From: Sarea resinae
Lineage: Eukaryota
Direction of reading: 5' to 3'
Assembly: GCA_026026165.1 (NCBI GenBank)
Contig: JAPEUD010000005.1
Location: 1-64,000 of the forward strand
DNA: 64,000 nt
This document shows, piece by piece, positions 38,166 through 51,957 of the stretch (positions within the stretch are counted from its first letter, which is position 1; each line of letters begins with the position of its first letter). The position numbers and the translations under genes were made by a program. The notes beneath the pieces were generated by a model. That model made no database searches. It was not told the DNA's origin and saw only the letters and a list, made by a program, of their open reading frames with translations.

Positions 38166-40112
38166 TCATCTTCCATAAAGTGTGGATAGTCTGAACGTAT
38201 CGAGTGCGCCAGGGGGGGCCAATGTTCCTATGGCCATGATTGGAGTCATTGTTGTATAGTCTCCTGGGTGGGATCTAGATGACCTCCGGCGCCCCTGTAG
38301 GACTGGCAAATTCTGCCCTAGTCCGAGAGATCCTTCTATCTGCTCTACGGCCTCACGTATCCGCTTTCTGGGTCCGATTGGGGGTCGCCAGTCTCTCCAT
38401 CTAGCAATACGAGCACATGTGCGTGAATCCGTCGCTCTCTCAATTGTCGGTTCCAGAACGACTTCGAAGGCCAGTTGGGGTTCCGACAGCTCGGGTTGTT
38501 CTGAAAAGCTTTCTTCTAGGGTAGATAAAGGAGGTATCTCGATTTGGCGACTGCCGATCCGGAGATCAGGAGCACTGCGTCTTCTCGAGACTGCTTGTGC
38601 AATTTCTTGATCGTCATTCTGCAGTGTAGCGACTGCAAATGTCGCAGCTCGGTGCGCCTCGGGCTGAAAAATAGGTGCTGCACTATCATCCTTATCTGGT
38701 ATGACAGGCGGTAGCTTATCTCCGGGTTGCTTTATAGGACAAAGGGGAAACATCGTCGATGAAGGAGAAGGGGGAAAGTCCTCCTGGGCATTTGAGATGT
38801 TGTCAGAGCCATATTCGTTGGGATTCTGTTCGACTCCTGATGCTGTTGGTTGCCCCTGCTCAGAAATGAAGCTGACCCGTGAATCAAGCGTAGGCATCGA
38901 GGGCTCGGGACTTGCGGACACATCTTCCACCGTTTGAGACACTTCAAGTTCGCTGTCTGGTGATCTCTGTTCCGAGGTAGAGGAATTTAAGCAATCAATA
39001 TCAGTAATACTTTTCCCGTGTGACTGCCGAGGCTTGTCCGTCACCTGATCACTTGCAATTGATCGATCGTCTCCAGACGCATCATCCTCAAACAAAGCAT
39101 CTCTTCCTATATTCAGATCAGGAAAATACGTATGCTCAACGCCTTGTGCCGATCCAAGATCTACTAAGTCAAGACTTAGTATCTGCCTGTGCTGTTCAAT
39201 CATCTCGTCCAAGGCTTGTTTATGCTCTCTGATGATATCGTCAATCATACGGCCCACCGCACTTAGCTCCCCCAAACTAAACGTCCTTGTTGGCTGCTTC
39301 ATGACTTCAGACGGAGTTACCATTTTGGTGCTCGAGCCTTTTCCCATAGTCTCTCGTCCGCTCTGTCGAGTCGTTGTTGTTTTGGGTGCTTTCTTCTCTG
39401 CTCTAGCCCAAGGACTTGTAGCTTCGACTTGTGTTCGCTTTATCATTCCAACAGGAACCACTCCTTGTAAGCCTCTTTCGCCTCTTGCACTAATATTCGA
39501 TCCTTCGTCTGAAATGTAGTCAACTACAGAGGTTGCTCGAGGGCGTTGCGGAGCCGTAGGCCGGAGCGGCGGCGCCGACCGCGTCGAAGGCGTAGACCGA
39601 ACCAGAGTTGAAGGCCGATGTGGGGTCACAGATCGAGTCGGCGTCATAGGCTGGTACCCAGTCGTATATCTGGTCGGAGTCGTAGTTCGAGGCAGAGGCG
39701 AGACCCGAGGCGAAGTCTGATTGCCATTAGCTGAGACTCCACCTCCTAGCCTGCAATTGAAAGCGGCTCCAGACGGTTTCGGCGACTTGACAGGTCGATC
39801 ACGCTCAGGCGGTAAACAAGAATTGAGTATTCGAGTCGATTGCTTCGCCGATGCCCTCGAGGACAGTCTGATACTCGTATTGGGCGGCAACGAAGATGCC
39901 CTACTTCGCGGAGGAGTTCGAGCTGCCGATTTAGCAATGGTATCAAAGGTCCTTACACGAGAGGCAACAGTTCCTTGCGCGAAACTCGGTGTGGATGGGT
40001 TGGGGGTTAGCGGCTTCAGCCTTTCAGGTACTCTAGATCTATTGAAGTCCGTTGACCGCCATCGCGGCGTCATGACTGTAATCTCGGCATGCGGAGGATA
40101 GCCTGAATGCAT
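38166..40112 (-). CDS. Hypothetical S/T/P/R-rich, largely disordered protein
   Basis: Uninterrupted ORF of about 648 aa; no family recognised; start uncertain. Confidence 0.65.
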   Translation of the reverse strand: MHSGYPPHAEITVMTPRWRSTDFNRSRVPERLKPLTPNPSTPSFAQGTVASRVRTFDTIAKSAARTPPRSRASSLPPNTSIRLSSRASAKQSTRILNSCLPPERDRPVKSPKPSGAAFNCRLGGGVSANGNQTSPRVSPLPRTTTPTRYTTGYQPMTPTRSVTPHRPSTLVRSTPSTRSAPPLRPTAPQRPRATSVVDYISDEGSNISARGERGLQGVVPVGMIKRTQVEATSPWARAEKKAPKTTTTRQSGRETMGKGSSTKMVTPSEVMKQPTRTFSLGELSAVGRMIDDIIREHKQALDEMIEQHRQILSLDLVDLGSAQGVEHTYFPDLNIGRDALFEDDASGDDRSIASDQVTDKPRQSHGKSITDIDCLNSSTSEQRSPDSELEVSQTVEDVSASPEPSMPTLDSRVSFISEQGQPTASGVEQNPNEYGSDNISNAQEDFPPSPSSTMFPLCPIKQPGDKLPPVIPDKDDSAAPIFQPEAHRAATFAVATLQNDDQEIAQAVSRRRSAPDLRIGSRQIEIPPLSTLEESFSEQPELSEPQLAFEVVLEPTIERATDSRTCARIARWRDWRPPIGPRKRIREAVEQIEGSLGLGQNLPVLQGRRRSSRSHPGDYTTMTPIMAIGTLAPPGALDTFRLSTLYGR

Positions 40113-40450
40113 CAATACCGTTCCAAAAAAAAAGTCTTACAGACTCATGCCTCGATGAATAAAATAATTGATAAAGAGAATGGATTTAGGAAGGGTGAGC
40201 AACGAAGGGAAATGTCGGATAAGGCCAAGATGCATTTTGGCTGCAGGTGTAAGGCACTGGAACTTGGAGCTAGCCGAAGGTGTATTGTCAGGAAGGTGCG
40301 ACACGAGCTATCAAGAGATTGATGGAATGGATTCTGCATTCAAATAGCGAATAGGGAGCAATTTCGCAGTGACAAGCTTGATGGGCTATCTATACATGAT
40401 GGTTTCCGCCATCTGGCCTTTCTTCACCCATGATATCCACAACATCTCGT

Positions 40451-41318
40451 TTATTTGATGGCAGCCTGAAGGCTTTCCAAAACCTAATTCTTCATCAGAA
40501 CCGGGGTCTTTAGAGGATCTATAGGTCATATCATACCTCAAGCTCGATCTTGGCTTCCGCAACGTCTTGCTCACTACCGCTACCAGAGGCGATCTTCTGA
40601 GCCTCGCCAATCTGGGATCGGATGGCCTAGAGATGATTTAGCTCAAGGCTCCCCAGCTTCGGGGGACAATTCGTGACATACGTCTGCGCTGAAGTCCTCC
40701 AGCGGGAAACCCTCAACAGCGTTGATGCTCAGTTGCGAACCAGGTTGAACAATGGCGAAGCCTCCAGACACTAGTACAAGAACATTCGATCAGTGATATC
40801 CCCAATATGATTTGCTCGGCCGCTTGCTTTGGGCGGAGCACCGGACCGCGCTGACGTACGGAAAAATTGCTTGCTCCCACCGCTCTCCTCAATGATCTCA
40901 ATCAGACCGGGCTTGAGCTGCTCGATGGAGGGAACATGATTCGCCAGGATACCCATCTCTCCAGAGTCTGCGGAGACGTTGACTTGCACACTAGAAAAGG
41001 GGACCGTGTCAGCGGAGACAACCCAAGTATAGCCGTGACGCTTCGGCATTGCGGGTGGTGATACGCACACATCGGTAGATTTGTAAATAGCCTATTCAAT
41101 GCATTCAGAGTCAGTCATAGGTCCTAATGGCATCGGGTCGATGGCATTGATCTCGAAGAATGTTCTCAAAGACCGTTTCGACGTACCTGATGCGGCAGAG
41201 TCAGGGTGAGCTTGATCTTGTCCGAGACAGCGTCGGCGTAGCCTCTTCGCTGTAGCGGCATCCGCATCGCAGCCGGGCGGGCCCTGAGGGCAGCTCTTGA
41301 AAAGCGGAAGGCGTTCAT
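40451..41318 (-). CDS. ATP16: Mitochondrial F1 ATP synthase delta subunit
   Basis: Exons 41318-41187, 41091-41069, 40990-40860, 40770-40682, 40626-40537, 40483-40451. Sequence VVQVNVSADSGEMGILANHVPSIEQLKPG..LSGGFAIVQP..AEAKIELEVLESLQAAIK. Confidence 0.96.
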
Positions 41319-42095
41319 GATGTCTGACAGAGAGGAGAGCTGCAATTGATGAGGCTTCACTTATGCTTCCAGCAAGGCCGTAGTGATTGCTTTGAGATGA
41401 AGGGCGCTTCTCGGCTAGTACTTAGATCACGTGCTGCAGCATATCCGAAGAATGCAACAGGAATCGTCCTTAGTGATACTGTGATTAGTAAGCAATTGTG
41501 ATGATTCAAACCCGTTCCGAGGAGGAGTTTAGAATTCTTCAAAGACCGTTGCTCGAAATTGACGGTCCTTCAACATTCGTAGTAGCCCTGAGAAAACCGG
41601 TTGCAAATACGTTTTGCCGTCCATCTGTGCTCGAAACCCATGTACCACACTTATCTGGCCTCTCAACTAGAGCCTAAGCTGATGGTTAACTGTGCCTACA
41701 GCTATCAATATATTTCTATGGATATCAAGAATTAAGAATGAATTGTGTAAGGCAGTCCTCTCCAGAGCCTCAGAGTACAATTATCAATGCTCAGCAATCC
41801 ACTGAACTATCTCCCAGTCGATACCTCTCGCCCACGCTCAGTTTGCGGGAGAGCAGGACAAAATGACTGTCAAGTAACTCATGACTCGTGAGCCATGAAT
41901 GCTCGTCTTACAGATACCAAATGTCCTGCTGTTGATTCTCATACTATCATGCGATTACCCATCTACCTAGCTACAGGTCGATCTTGTTTCTGTCACTATG
42001 AACTTGCAAATATCAACGACGAGATATCTCTTGCTTTACACGACTGGTAATGTCGTACAACACGGAGCGCAATCAAGCGGCAAAAAAATCAGAAA

Positions 42096-42178
42096 AGGAC
42101 CGAGCGCGGATCGAACGCGCGACCCTGCGATATTGAGGAGAACTGCAATCGCATGCTCTACCACTGAGCTATCGATCC
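42096..42178 (-). tRNA. tRNA-Cys (GCA) with an 11-nt intron
   Basis: Minus strand GGATCGA TAGCTCAGTGGTAGAGC A TGCGA TT GCA G [TTCTCCTCAAT] A TCGCA GGGTC GCGCG TTCGATC CGCGC TCGGTCC T folds as a full cloverleaf with A and B boxes, followed by T runs (Pol III terminator). Confidence 0.95.
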
Positions 42179-44825
42179 TATTTCATGAGAGCAGATGCGC
42201 AAATTAGACACTATGAAGCGACCAGTGTCAGCAAGGTTAACGGAAGGAGATATTCAAGCTCAAGGATACGCTGTACATTGTATCCAAAGTACCAGAGTAC
42301 AGGTACTCCACTTACCTTAGGGATTTCATGGCCTAGGTACCTCATCCAAGCTTCTCATTTCATGAGCGGTGAGAAGATGTGGAGAAAATCCCAGACGCTG
42401 ATTCCGGCTCCACGGGACTAGCATGTGTCACCATCAGATTCGTGGATCTTTTAGAAGGAATGTGGAAGCCAACCCCCCCATGAGACGACTTCCTGTTCCG
42501 AGCTTATCTTGCCCAAGTCAGGACCTTTGAAGCATAAGGTAATGTATTACGAACGCAGGTCAATCATGATGGCGTGCATATACCAGGTCCCGCAACATGC
42601 CGTACCGGCGACGGCGACGGCACTCTGCGAAGTCTGTCGGGATGCGGGATGCGCGCAGAGACCGACGACAGCCGCACTGCGCAGGTGGAATGACATGATA
42701 GACTGTCGATCCTTCAATCCGGCACTTCTACTTGAATCTCCCTTGAAATGATACTCGATATCATTCGAGAGCGCGCATGCGAGATGCAGTCATAAGATGG
42801 ATGAAGGCAACCCATGACCATGGCAATAGGCTGCTGCGGCAGCTTTACGATGGGCCCCAGCATCTTTTAGGACTTACGGGATGCTAACCTCCGCGATCAA
42901 TACCGTGGACTTCATGAGCCATGGCAGCCACGGGCGAATGCTGATAGATACTGCAATCCTCGTGGCAGCTGATCTATTGGATCTGACAGGTCGCATTATA
43001 TTTCTGCCCGTTCAAGACTCCCCTCCGTGTCGTCCCCGCAATCCTCCGCAAGAATGATGTGTAGTCCCTGCAGGGAAACCCTTCGGTGCTGCTTCCGATG
43101 CTGCAGGCCATTCTATCGTGAAGGATAAGGATAGGTACTGGGTCTTCATTCACGCTGATTCGGTGCATTACTGCAGCTGCCGTTGATGAGCCTCTGGGTG
43201 TTTCGATTGCATCCCGTAACGCCATCTGGCATGCAAGCGTTCGAATATGGCGGAGTTGAGAGACCACAACAAAGAAAACGACTTCACAAAGAAAGGCATC
43301 CAGATCCGACCCACCAATGGACGATGTAGGAGTGGGATGGTGTGGGATACGGCGCAGTACCCTTGTGCAGGAGGGAGGGCGGAAAAAGTGGAAATGCGAA
43401 ATTGCGTGAAATGAGAGGTATCTGAACCCGAATCGCTGTGGTGGTCGAAGGCGGATGTCAAGTCCAGATACATTCAACGACTTTCATTATTCAAGACTAC
43501 TCTGTACTTCGTACCCTCTCCTACTCGACTTCGAAGGGGGGACTGTGCCCCACAGCCCTACCTGTAAAGCTTGATCTTACACGCGAGTAATGGAGTACCG
43601 GGAGAGTACTCCGGCGTGGTGTTCGCGGCAGAAGTACCTCGAGAATACTTCTTCCCGAGAGATCAACCAGCCGACAGTCTTGCCTCCTTGCGGAATCCCC
43701 TCATATCATCCATGGATAGTACGGTGGGAGACAAGAGGACACGGACTTTTATCGGCCCTCAGCGCTCAATGCTCTGTGCAGCCCTGAGTGCATCACCGTG
43801 CAGCGACCGCTCCGCAGCAGTGCGTGCTTGGCCGTGTCCAGCTTAGCCGGGCATTCATCTCGCTACAGCCACTACCATGTACTCGTAGTACTCGCGTACT
43901 CGACTACTCGTGAAGTCAGTCAAATCATCATCGATGGATGAGGTGTAGTGCGCAGTAGAGGCCTTTGGCCGTCGTTGAGGTGTATTTGAGACCGCCGAGT
44001 CCGGCCCCAATGCTACCTCAAGCCGACGCAGGGCAACCTGCTCACGCACTCTAAAGCACGCAGTACGAGTACGAATACGCCTGCCTGCCTGCCTACCTAC
44101 CTACCTACCTACCTACCTACCTACAGTACCTATCTTACGCATCAATCCAAAGAAACCCATCTCGCTAAACAGCACAAAAAAGCCTGTTCCTCGCCTACAC
44201 TCACTCTACTTCACGATAATACTCTACCTTACCGTGCACCCTCACTCTTCTTCACCTTTGATACGCCTCACCTCTCATCCTATCCTCAACAAAGATTACC
44301 TGACATACGACTGTGTGCCACGAGGTTTGCCTCTTCAGGCGACATCTTAGCAGAACAGATATATCCGAGCATCTCCGCATCTTACAATTGGCCGAAGCTG
44401 ATTATCTGACCCACTCAAATCGTCCGCCTGGTCTCATTGACCGCCTTCCTCCGAGGATCCTCACCTTCCATTCACCATGGTCGACTTACTCTTATAACAG
44501 CACTGTCCTTAGGGACGCACTATTGAACGCTCACAACGCTCTGTTGCGTTACGATCGAATATCCAGTCTACTACTCTTCATCGCCACTGTTGGACCTCGC
44601 ACCGCCTCATACGTCTACTAGCTACAGGACTACAAAGATTGACGGTGGGCGGAGATTTGAAATCAAAGGCATATTCGGCAATTTCATCACGGACTCTGGG
44701 CGGTCTTAGTGCTTTTTAATAGCTACAACAACTCATTTGCTACTGGTGGATTTGATTATTATTTGCAATCCAATACGGCATACCAGGGAAGACCAGATCA
44801 CGACTCAACGCCCGGCGTTCAAGCG

Positions 44826-47198
44826 ATGTTTTCTATACAGAACTGGCAATCAGCAATGAATCTACCATCAACCGACGAAGAAGAGATAGCGGTAGCTGAG
44901 GCGGACGAGCCACCGGACGAGCATATACACTTCGGCCGCTTCCAGCCTCCCCTCAAACGCTCGGTCACATCCGATAGCGGTTTTAACAAATCGACCCCTG
45001 TCCCGATGGATCGCAGAGAGTCTTTGTTGACTCGTGCACTGGTTACGAGCCCGGAACTCATGCCCAGGCAGGACATCAATCTCCCCCCAGTCTCAGCCCT
45101 CACCAGAGGTCTCTCGGCGGCGTCTACGCGGAGTGATGCTAGTGCAGCATCTACAGCAGATCTGACGAGCGATGGAGGGCTCACAAGTCCAACAAGAACT
45201 AATAGTCCAAGCCCTCCATTGCCTCCGACGCGTTTCACTGGCGTTCATTTCACAAGCGAGAAACCATTCTTTCGTTCCCACTCTTCGCACGGTCGAGAGC
45301 CTGAGGAAGGCGTCAAGCTCCTCGGAGATCACCGGTCCCCGGCACCTCCGCATGAGTCAAACGTGGAAGCAGGTCTTGGTCGCAAGCGTTGCATCACGTT
45401 CGCATGCGGGCGAAACCCGTCGCGGCCCGGTGACGGTGCTACAAAGGAGAACATGGGGCCTAACCCACCTGCCGTGACGGGAAGACCCGAACCAAGTGAG
45501 CCGCCGAAGAGAGCCTGTACACTAAAGTTTGTCTGTCCCAGCCGAACAGTTCAAGAAGAGTCATCAAAAGCGCCACAGACCCAATCAAGGCCTCAACGCA
45601 TGCGGAGCCCGCCACCTCCGCAGAAGCTACAACCTGCTCATGTTCCGATAGCACGAACTCATCGTGACTCGGCTTCAACATTGAGGAGACAACCGCAAGA
45701 AAGTGCTGCAAAGAGCCCGGCTGGCCTCCGGGTCCGCAAAGTTCCAAGCTCCTCCGAGCTAGAACTTTCCGAAGCAACGAGATTTCACGAATTTGCTAGC
45801 TCTGTTGGGGAAGAAGACGAGTGGGTTCATGAGTCAACGGTCCACAGACACAGGCTCACTGTCGATGATACGCTTGAGAAGGAGAAGGCCATTCGCAAAT
45901 TAGGCGAGGAGGTTGAAGAGGAAGCTCTAGAAGACGAAGCTGAGGATAACGAGGATGAAGACGAGGATGAGGATAACTCGGAAGATGAAGATGATGCCAA
46001 TTCTGATGGCTACTCTTCCGAGGGCAACGAGACAGATAACGAAGAAGGCTTCGCTGACTCCGACGATGAGAGTGATGCTGGGTCAGACTGCCAATTCTGG
46101 ACTCCGGGAAGGGCGGCAACTGGTATCTCCACCGAAATGGCTGACTTCATCCGTCCACTGCCTCATAGGACTGCATCGGAGTCATCCATCGAATCTATGG
46201 CTCATCTCGGCCAACCAATTCCTCCCAGAATCTCGGCATCACCTAGGGGCTCTAAATCACTTCGTCGTCGCCAAATCCGGCCTGGAACCCCGGAACTCCC
46301 TGACAGCACAGATTTTGTCTGTGGCACCTTTGATGAAGATCGCCCACTTGAAGAGGCATATATCTCCTGTCTCGAAGAGAGGAGACGGGCAAGGCATCCG
46401 GTTGTTCCCCAAGACATCGACCCCAGTTTTCCTATATCCGATCTCGAGGACGATGATGATGATGATGATGATGATGACGATGATAGAGAAGGCGAGAAGG
46501 AGGTTACTGTTGCGGAGAAGTTTGAAAAGCATACTTTGGTCGAAGAGAGAGGCGCGGAAGGGCTGTCTAGGCGACCCTCTAGAACTACGACGAGCAAGAA
46601 GACTTCTCCGGGCGGATCTCCACGACGTCTCCATTCTCCTCCACCCAGACGAAACATGACTCGTCGGTCCCCACCACCGCGCCGCCTTTTCGGTCATTCG
46701 CCGAGACGTCTTCGATCACCAGCGCCGTCTCGTCAAGTTGAGTCGCCTCGTGCAAGTCGATGTACCTCGCCTGGAAATTCACCAAAACTGCGCACTAGAG
46801 CCATTGATTTCGCACCTCTCGCTCAAAGGCCACATCTCACGGATACGAAATCTCTTCCACGCACGCCGAAGCCTTTTGATGGTCGTTACAGCCCGATTTC
46901 AAAAATACCTGATGGTATCAGTCACGCCAGCATTTCACCCACTGGCGGCGATGATTTGAACAGAGACCTCCATAATCGGGGAGCTATTGACATCGTTAAA
47001 GGTCTTGAGCGCAAGAGGCAACGACGCAAGGAAAAGCTTTGGCAGAAGCATTGTCGGCAGGCCGGTAAAGACAAGGAACGGAAACCACCTCCAGGGAAGG
47101 GGGCGGAACGGATGAAAGAATTAGGCTTGGAAATGGCAGGCAAGGGGAGGATGTACTTCCCGGACCAGAAAGAGGCACAATACGTGCTCTCGGTTTAA
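44826..47198 (+). CDS. Conserved fungal protein of unknown function (DUF2457-like)
   Basis: Single long ORF, first ATG at 44826. Motifs RFHEFASS, LTVDDTL.KE..IRKLG, PELPDSTDFVCGTFDEDRP, RGAIDIVKGLE, GKGAERMKELGL. Confidence 0.85.
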   Translation: MFSIQNWQSAMNLPSTDEEEIAVAEADEPPDEHIHFGRFQPPLKRSVTSDSGFNKSTPVPMDRRESLLTRALVTSPELMPRQDINLPPVSALTRGLSAASTRSDASAASTADLTSDGGLTSPTRTNSPSPPLPPTRFTGVHFTSEKPFFRSHSSHGREPEEGVKLLGDHRSPAPPHESNVEAGLGRKRCITFACGRNPSRPGDGATKENMGPNPPAVTGRPEPSEPPKRACTLKFVCPSRTVQEESSKAPQTQSRPQRMRSPPPPQKLQPAHVPIARTHRDSASTLRRQPQESAAKSPAGLRVRKVPSSSELELSEATRFHEFASSVGEEDEWVHESTVHRHRLTVDDTLEKEKAIRKLGEEVEEEALEDEAEDNEDEDEDEDNSEDEDDANSDGYSSEGNETDNEEGFADSDDESDAGSDCQFWTPGRAATGISTEMADFIRPLPHRTASESSIESMAHLGQPIPPRISASPRGSKSLRRRQIRPGTPELPDSTDFVCGTFDEDRPLEEAYISCLEERRRARHPVVPQDIDPSFPISDLEDDDDDDDDDDDDREGEKEVTVAEKFEKHTLVEERGAEGLSRRPSRTTTSKKTSPGGSPRRLHSPPPRRNMTRRSPPPRRLFGHSPRRLRSPAPSRQVESPRASRCTSPGNSPKLRTRAIDFAPLAQRPHLTDTKSLPRTPKPFDGRYSPISKIPDGISHASISPTGGDDLNRDLHNRGAIDIVKGLERKRQRRKEKLWQKHCRQAGKDKERKPPPGKGAERMKELGLEMAGKGRMYFPDQKEAQYVLSV

Positions 47199-48353
47199 AT
47201 TCCACGACAGCATTCCAGCATTTACGCCCTTTCACAACTACGGGCCGGCTTATGCAACATATTGGACGCCAGGTTTTTGCGCCGACTATACTTCTTTTGT
47301 GAATATCCTTACCACCTCACGGCCGGATCCGTTCGACTTGTAGATAATCATTCACTTCGACATTGAGCCCCGCATTGGGTTGGTGCTCTGGTTTCCTTTG
47401 TATCTTTTTTCTTTTATCCTTCGACAGAGAGAAACGTCTGGGTGATTCCAGATAGCGGCATTTGCATGGGGCAGCAGCACTGTTTTGCGGAGTTGGGATG
47501 GAGGTCTGCATTGATGAGAACGCTCACTTGAGTAACTTTTTCTCTCGGGGGAATACCCATCTCTTTTGTTTATATCCTGGGTGTGGCAAATTCCAGGCAT
47601 TAAGCTAGCGGTTGATTGATCTCTTTCTTCACGAGTATGCTGGGATAGAGGGAAGCCTCGCGGGGCAACCAGGCAATCAATTTGAATGAAAAGAATTGGA
47701 GATTCCAAGATGATTCTGTTGTCAGTCTGGTGAAGAGTGAGAGACGAGCTTGCACCGATTTCAACCCAGTTTGGGTGTCGATGATGGATTCATCGTCATC
47801 GTGATTCTTGTTGCTGCGTTCCACCATAGGTGATTCTGGGTGCACCTCACGCACATCTCGAAACGTCCGATGGATCAATCGACCCTGCTCTATATCCATG
47901 TGATGTACGGAGCATATGAGATATATCCACAGGTCTTGAAATCACTTTCGAAAGAATCAATCAAACTACAAAGGATCTCTATCCAAATGATATCATAAGG
48001 TATGTGTCCAGATGCTCCGTACCCAATGTCGACGGGCCTCGTAGTACTGTACTATGGAGTACAGTAGTAATGTACGAAGGAAAGGTCCACGGGTACAACA
48101 CCTACTACGTAGTAGAGTAGAGAGCCAACTTGGGCCGGCATGTATCTTCGTACATGAGAAAGCCGAGAGGATACTTCCGACTTCGTAATGGGCACGAGAG
48201 ACTCGCGATCGGACCAACTCCAAATCGAATCGGACGACGATTGAATTTCCCAACGGCGGCGCCTTGTTCCAAACATTCCATTTCACTCTGCCATCTCGCA
48301 CTTGATCGACTCTCTTCGCCCACGACTGCTGCAGTCGCTCTACAACACCTACC

Positions 48354-49494
<1,141 letters not shown>

Positions 49495-50083
49495 ATGTCT
49501 GCCAGCCAAGCCCTTGTCCTTGCATCGATCGTGTGCCTAGTCTCTATGATGAAGAAAGAATGGAAGTCGGAGAAGCGAAAACGGCGTGGGAGAGAAGAAA
49601 GCTCGGGCTACCGAGATGGCTTTTTCGATCCCAATTTCTTTCGTTAGCTAGTTGGGAGGGCAGGTTGGTAAGGTAGCTACCTTATGTAGACCGACTATGG
49701 ATGGATGGATGTGAGGTGATGTGATGTGATGTGATGTGATGTGACGGTGGAATCATATCCGTCATGCAATCTTTCCCTTGTTCAATACAATTACCATTTC
49801 AAAGCCCGCCTCGTTCGATCGTGCTTTTTGTCGACTGTATCATGCTGTATCATGCTATATTACATTTCCACCGACCTGATACAAGGTACCTAGGTAGCTA
49901 TTCTTCCACTCGACCTATATACATTCTGGTGCGCGATGGTAAGATGTCACTCGCACACATCCTCACAATCTCCCTCCCTCCCTCTGTCCCTCAATCCCCC
50001 AATCATCATCCCCATGCCTTCATCCCCCACCACCCCTCCCCAAATCCCAACCCAACCAACCACCCAAACCACCCACCCGACTC

Positions 50084-51351
50084 TCAAAGCCCAGTCTTGG
50101 TCCTCATCAAGCGCTCGAACCCGTCGCTGACCCAGCCCTCCTTGTCCATCTTCCAGGTCCCGTTCCGGCCGCGCACGGCGACCTTGACGAAGCCCTCGCG
50201 CGTCCACACGAGCCGGAAGCCCGACAGGGTGCGGAAGGACCAGTAGGAGATGCTCTTGAGCGGGTGCGAGAGGAAGCGCGGGGGGGTTTGTGCTTGTGGT
50301 GGTGGTGGTTGTTGTTGTTGTTGTTGCTGGTTTTGTTGGCTTTGTTGGTGTTGTTGGGGGTGGGTTTGGGGCGTGGTTGTCGGAGGAGGAGGAGGAGGCG
50401 TCGGGATGGTGGAGATTAGTGGGGCGGAGAGCGAGAGCGTCGATGGCGGCGTTAGGACGGGGCGGGGCCGGTGCAGGTAGGGTAGGAGTGGCGTCGTGGT
50501 GATTTGGAGTGTTAGGGTCGGTTTGGCGGCGCCTGTGCTGGTGGTGGTGGTGGAGGCGCGGATGGGGATGGCGTGGATCGTGCGGATGAGCCTGTGGGGT
50601 TGGTTGGGGGCGTTGTTAGATTCGCGCTTTGGTTGTGGATGTGGATATGGATGTGGATGAGCGTTGCGGTGGTGTGGAAGCGTGTTTGTGCGGAGAGAGA
50701 GAGAGAGAGAAGATGCATTGGGGTAGGGTAGGGTAAGGTAGGGTAGAGTAGAGTAGGTAAGGCAAGCAAGATGGCGCGGGGGATGATAAAGAGGCCCTCC
50801 TACCTAGAAGCGCCCAGCACGCAATACGTGCCGAAACAAGCCATGGTGAAGCACACGGCGCCGAAAGCCATGGGCACCCATTTCGGCAGACTGGCCGGCG
50901 GCCGCAGATACATGGTGTAGAAGTTGTAGCCGGCGTAGATGAAGCAGAAGCCCCCGAACGCGTAACAGCCCGTGATGTAGAGCCCGTGCGGCGGGGCGCG
51001 GTACAGGAGTGTGGGCTCGGGGCGTAGGGCTAGGCTGTCGGCGAAGGACTGGTAGCGCGTTGTCTTTGGTGGTGGTGGGGATGAGATGGTGCCTGTTGCG
51101 GCCTTTTTGGAAGCTGTTGCTGCTGCTGGTTGTTGGTGGGCGGATGGTGCTTTCTTGGAGGAGGGTTTCCGGGCGGCAAGGCGCGAGAGGGGGGTTCGGG
51201 AGAAGAGGCGTGTTTGGGAGGGAGATTGGGTGCTGGGCCGCAGGGCGCGCAGGATGGTGGACTGAAGGTTCAGGATTGTGGGGGATTGATGCACGGAGGT
51301 GCGAAGAGCTGGGGTCGTGGCATGGAGACAGCTCTGGAGGAGGGAGGCCAT
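50084..51351 (-). CDS. Uncharacterised, probably mitochondrial two-TM membrane protein
   Basis: Exons 51351-50804 and 50591-50084 (intron GTAGGA..CTAAC..CAG). Exon 2 is absent from the ORF track. Presequence-like N-terminus, LLYRAP, two hydrophobic segments, C-terminal WTREGFVKV..WKMD. Confidence 0.78.
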
Positions 51352-51957
51352 CTGCAGGGTCTCAGTCAATGTGTTTGGAATCGTCCAGATCTTGAGTCCT
51401 TCCTTACGTTGAGAGCGGGCTGACAGCACCCTGGGTGACAGCGCGGTGTTGAGGAATTCCAAGGGCAAAGTTGAAGATCGACACATCCATCCACGATGGA
51501 TCCATGCCCGTCCACGCTCGGAGCCGTCCGAGCCGGGCCGACTGTTTTTCCGGTACGGGGTCCCAGCCCGGAGAGCACCCATGGGATGGAAGCTTGGAAG
51601 GTTCCGTGATCCGAAAACGTACGAACATCCTCCCCAGCTCCACTGCTACAGCGTACTCGAGTACGGTACAGGCTCAACTATTCCGGAGTATCAGGCGCCG
51701 CCAGGTGCTTTACAGGGTTACAGTTCCGTGAGTTCCACGAGCACGCCCAGCCCGACACCACCACCTCCACCTCCTCCTCCTCCTCCCCCAGACTCATTCC
51801 CGCACGCTTCCCCCCTCATCTCCCCAACATCTCCCCACAAGTTCGCCCTTCTCCAATTCCTCTCCAACCCATCGCCCACAGTCTTGTTCCCACATTGCAG
51901 CTCGAGAGATTGAGAGGGGAGTGCGATTTGCTGTTCATCGTTGGTGTTGGCTCGACA

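Noticed and set aside
44709..44825. Non-AUG N-terminal extension of the DUF2457 gene
   Set aside because: A 39-codon open stretch is compatible with chance; no supporting evidence.
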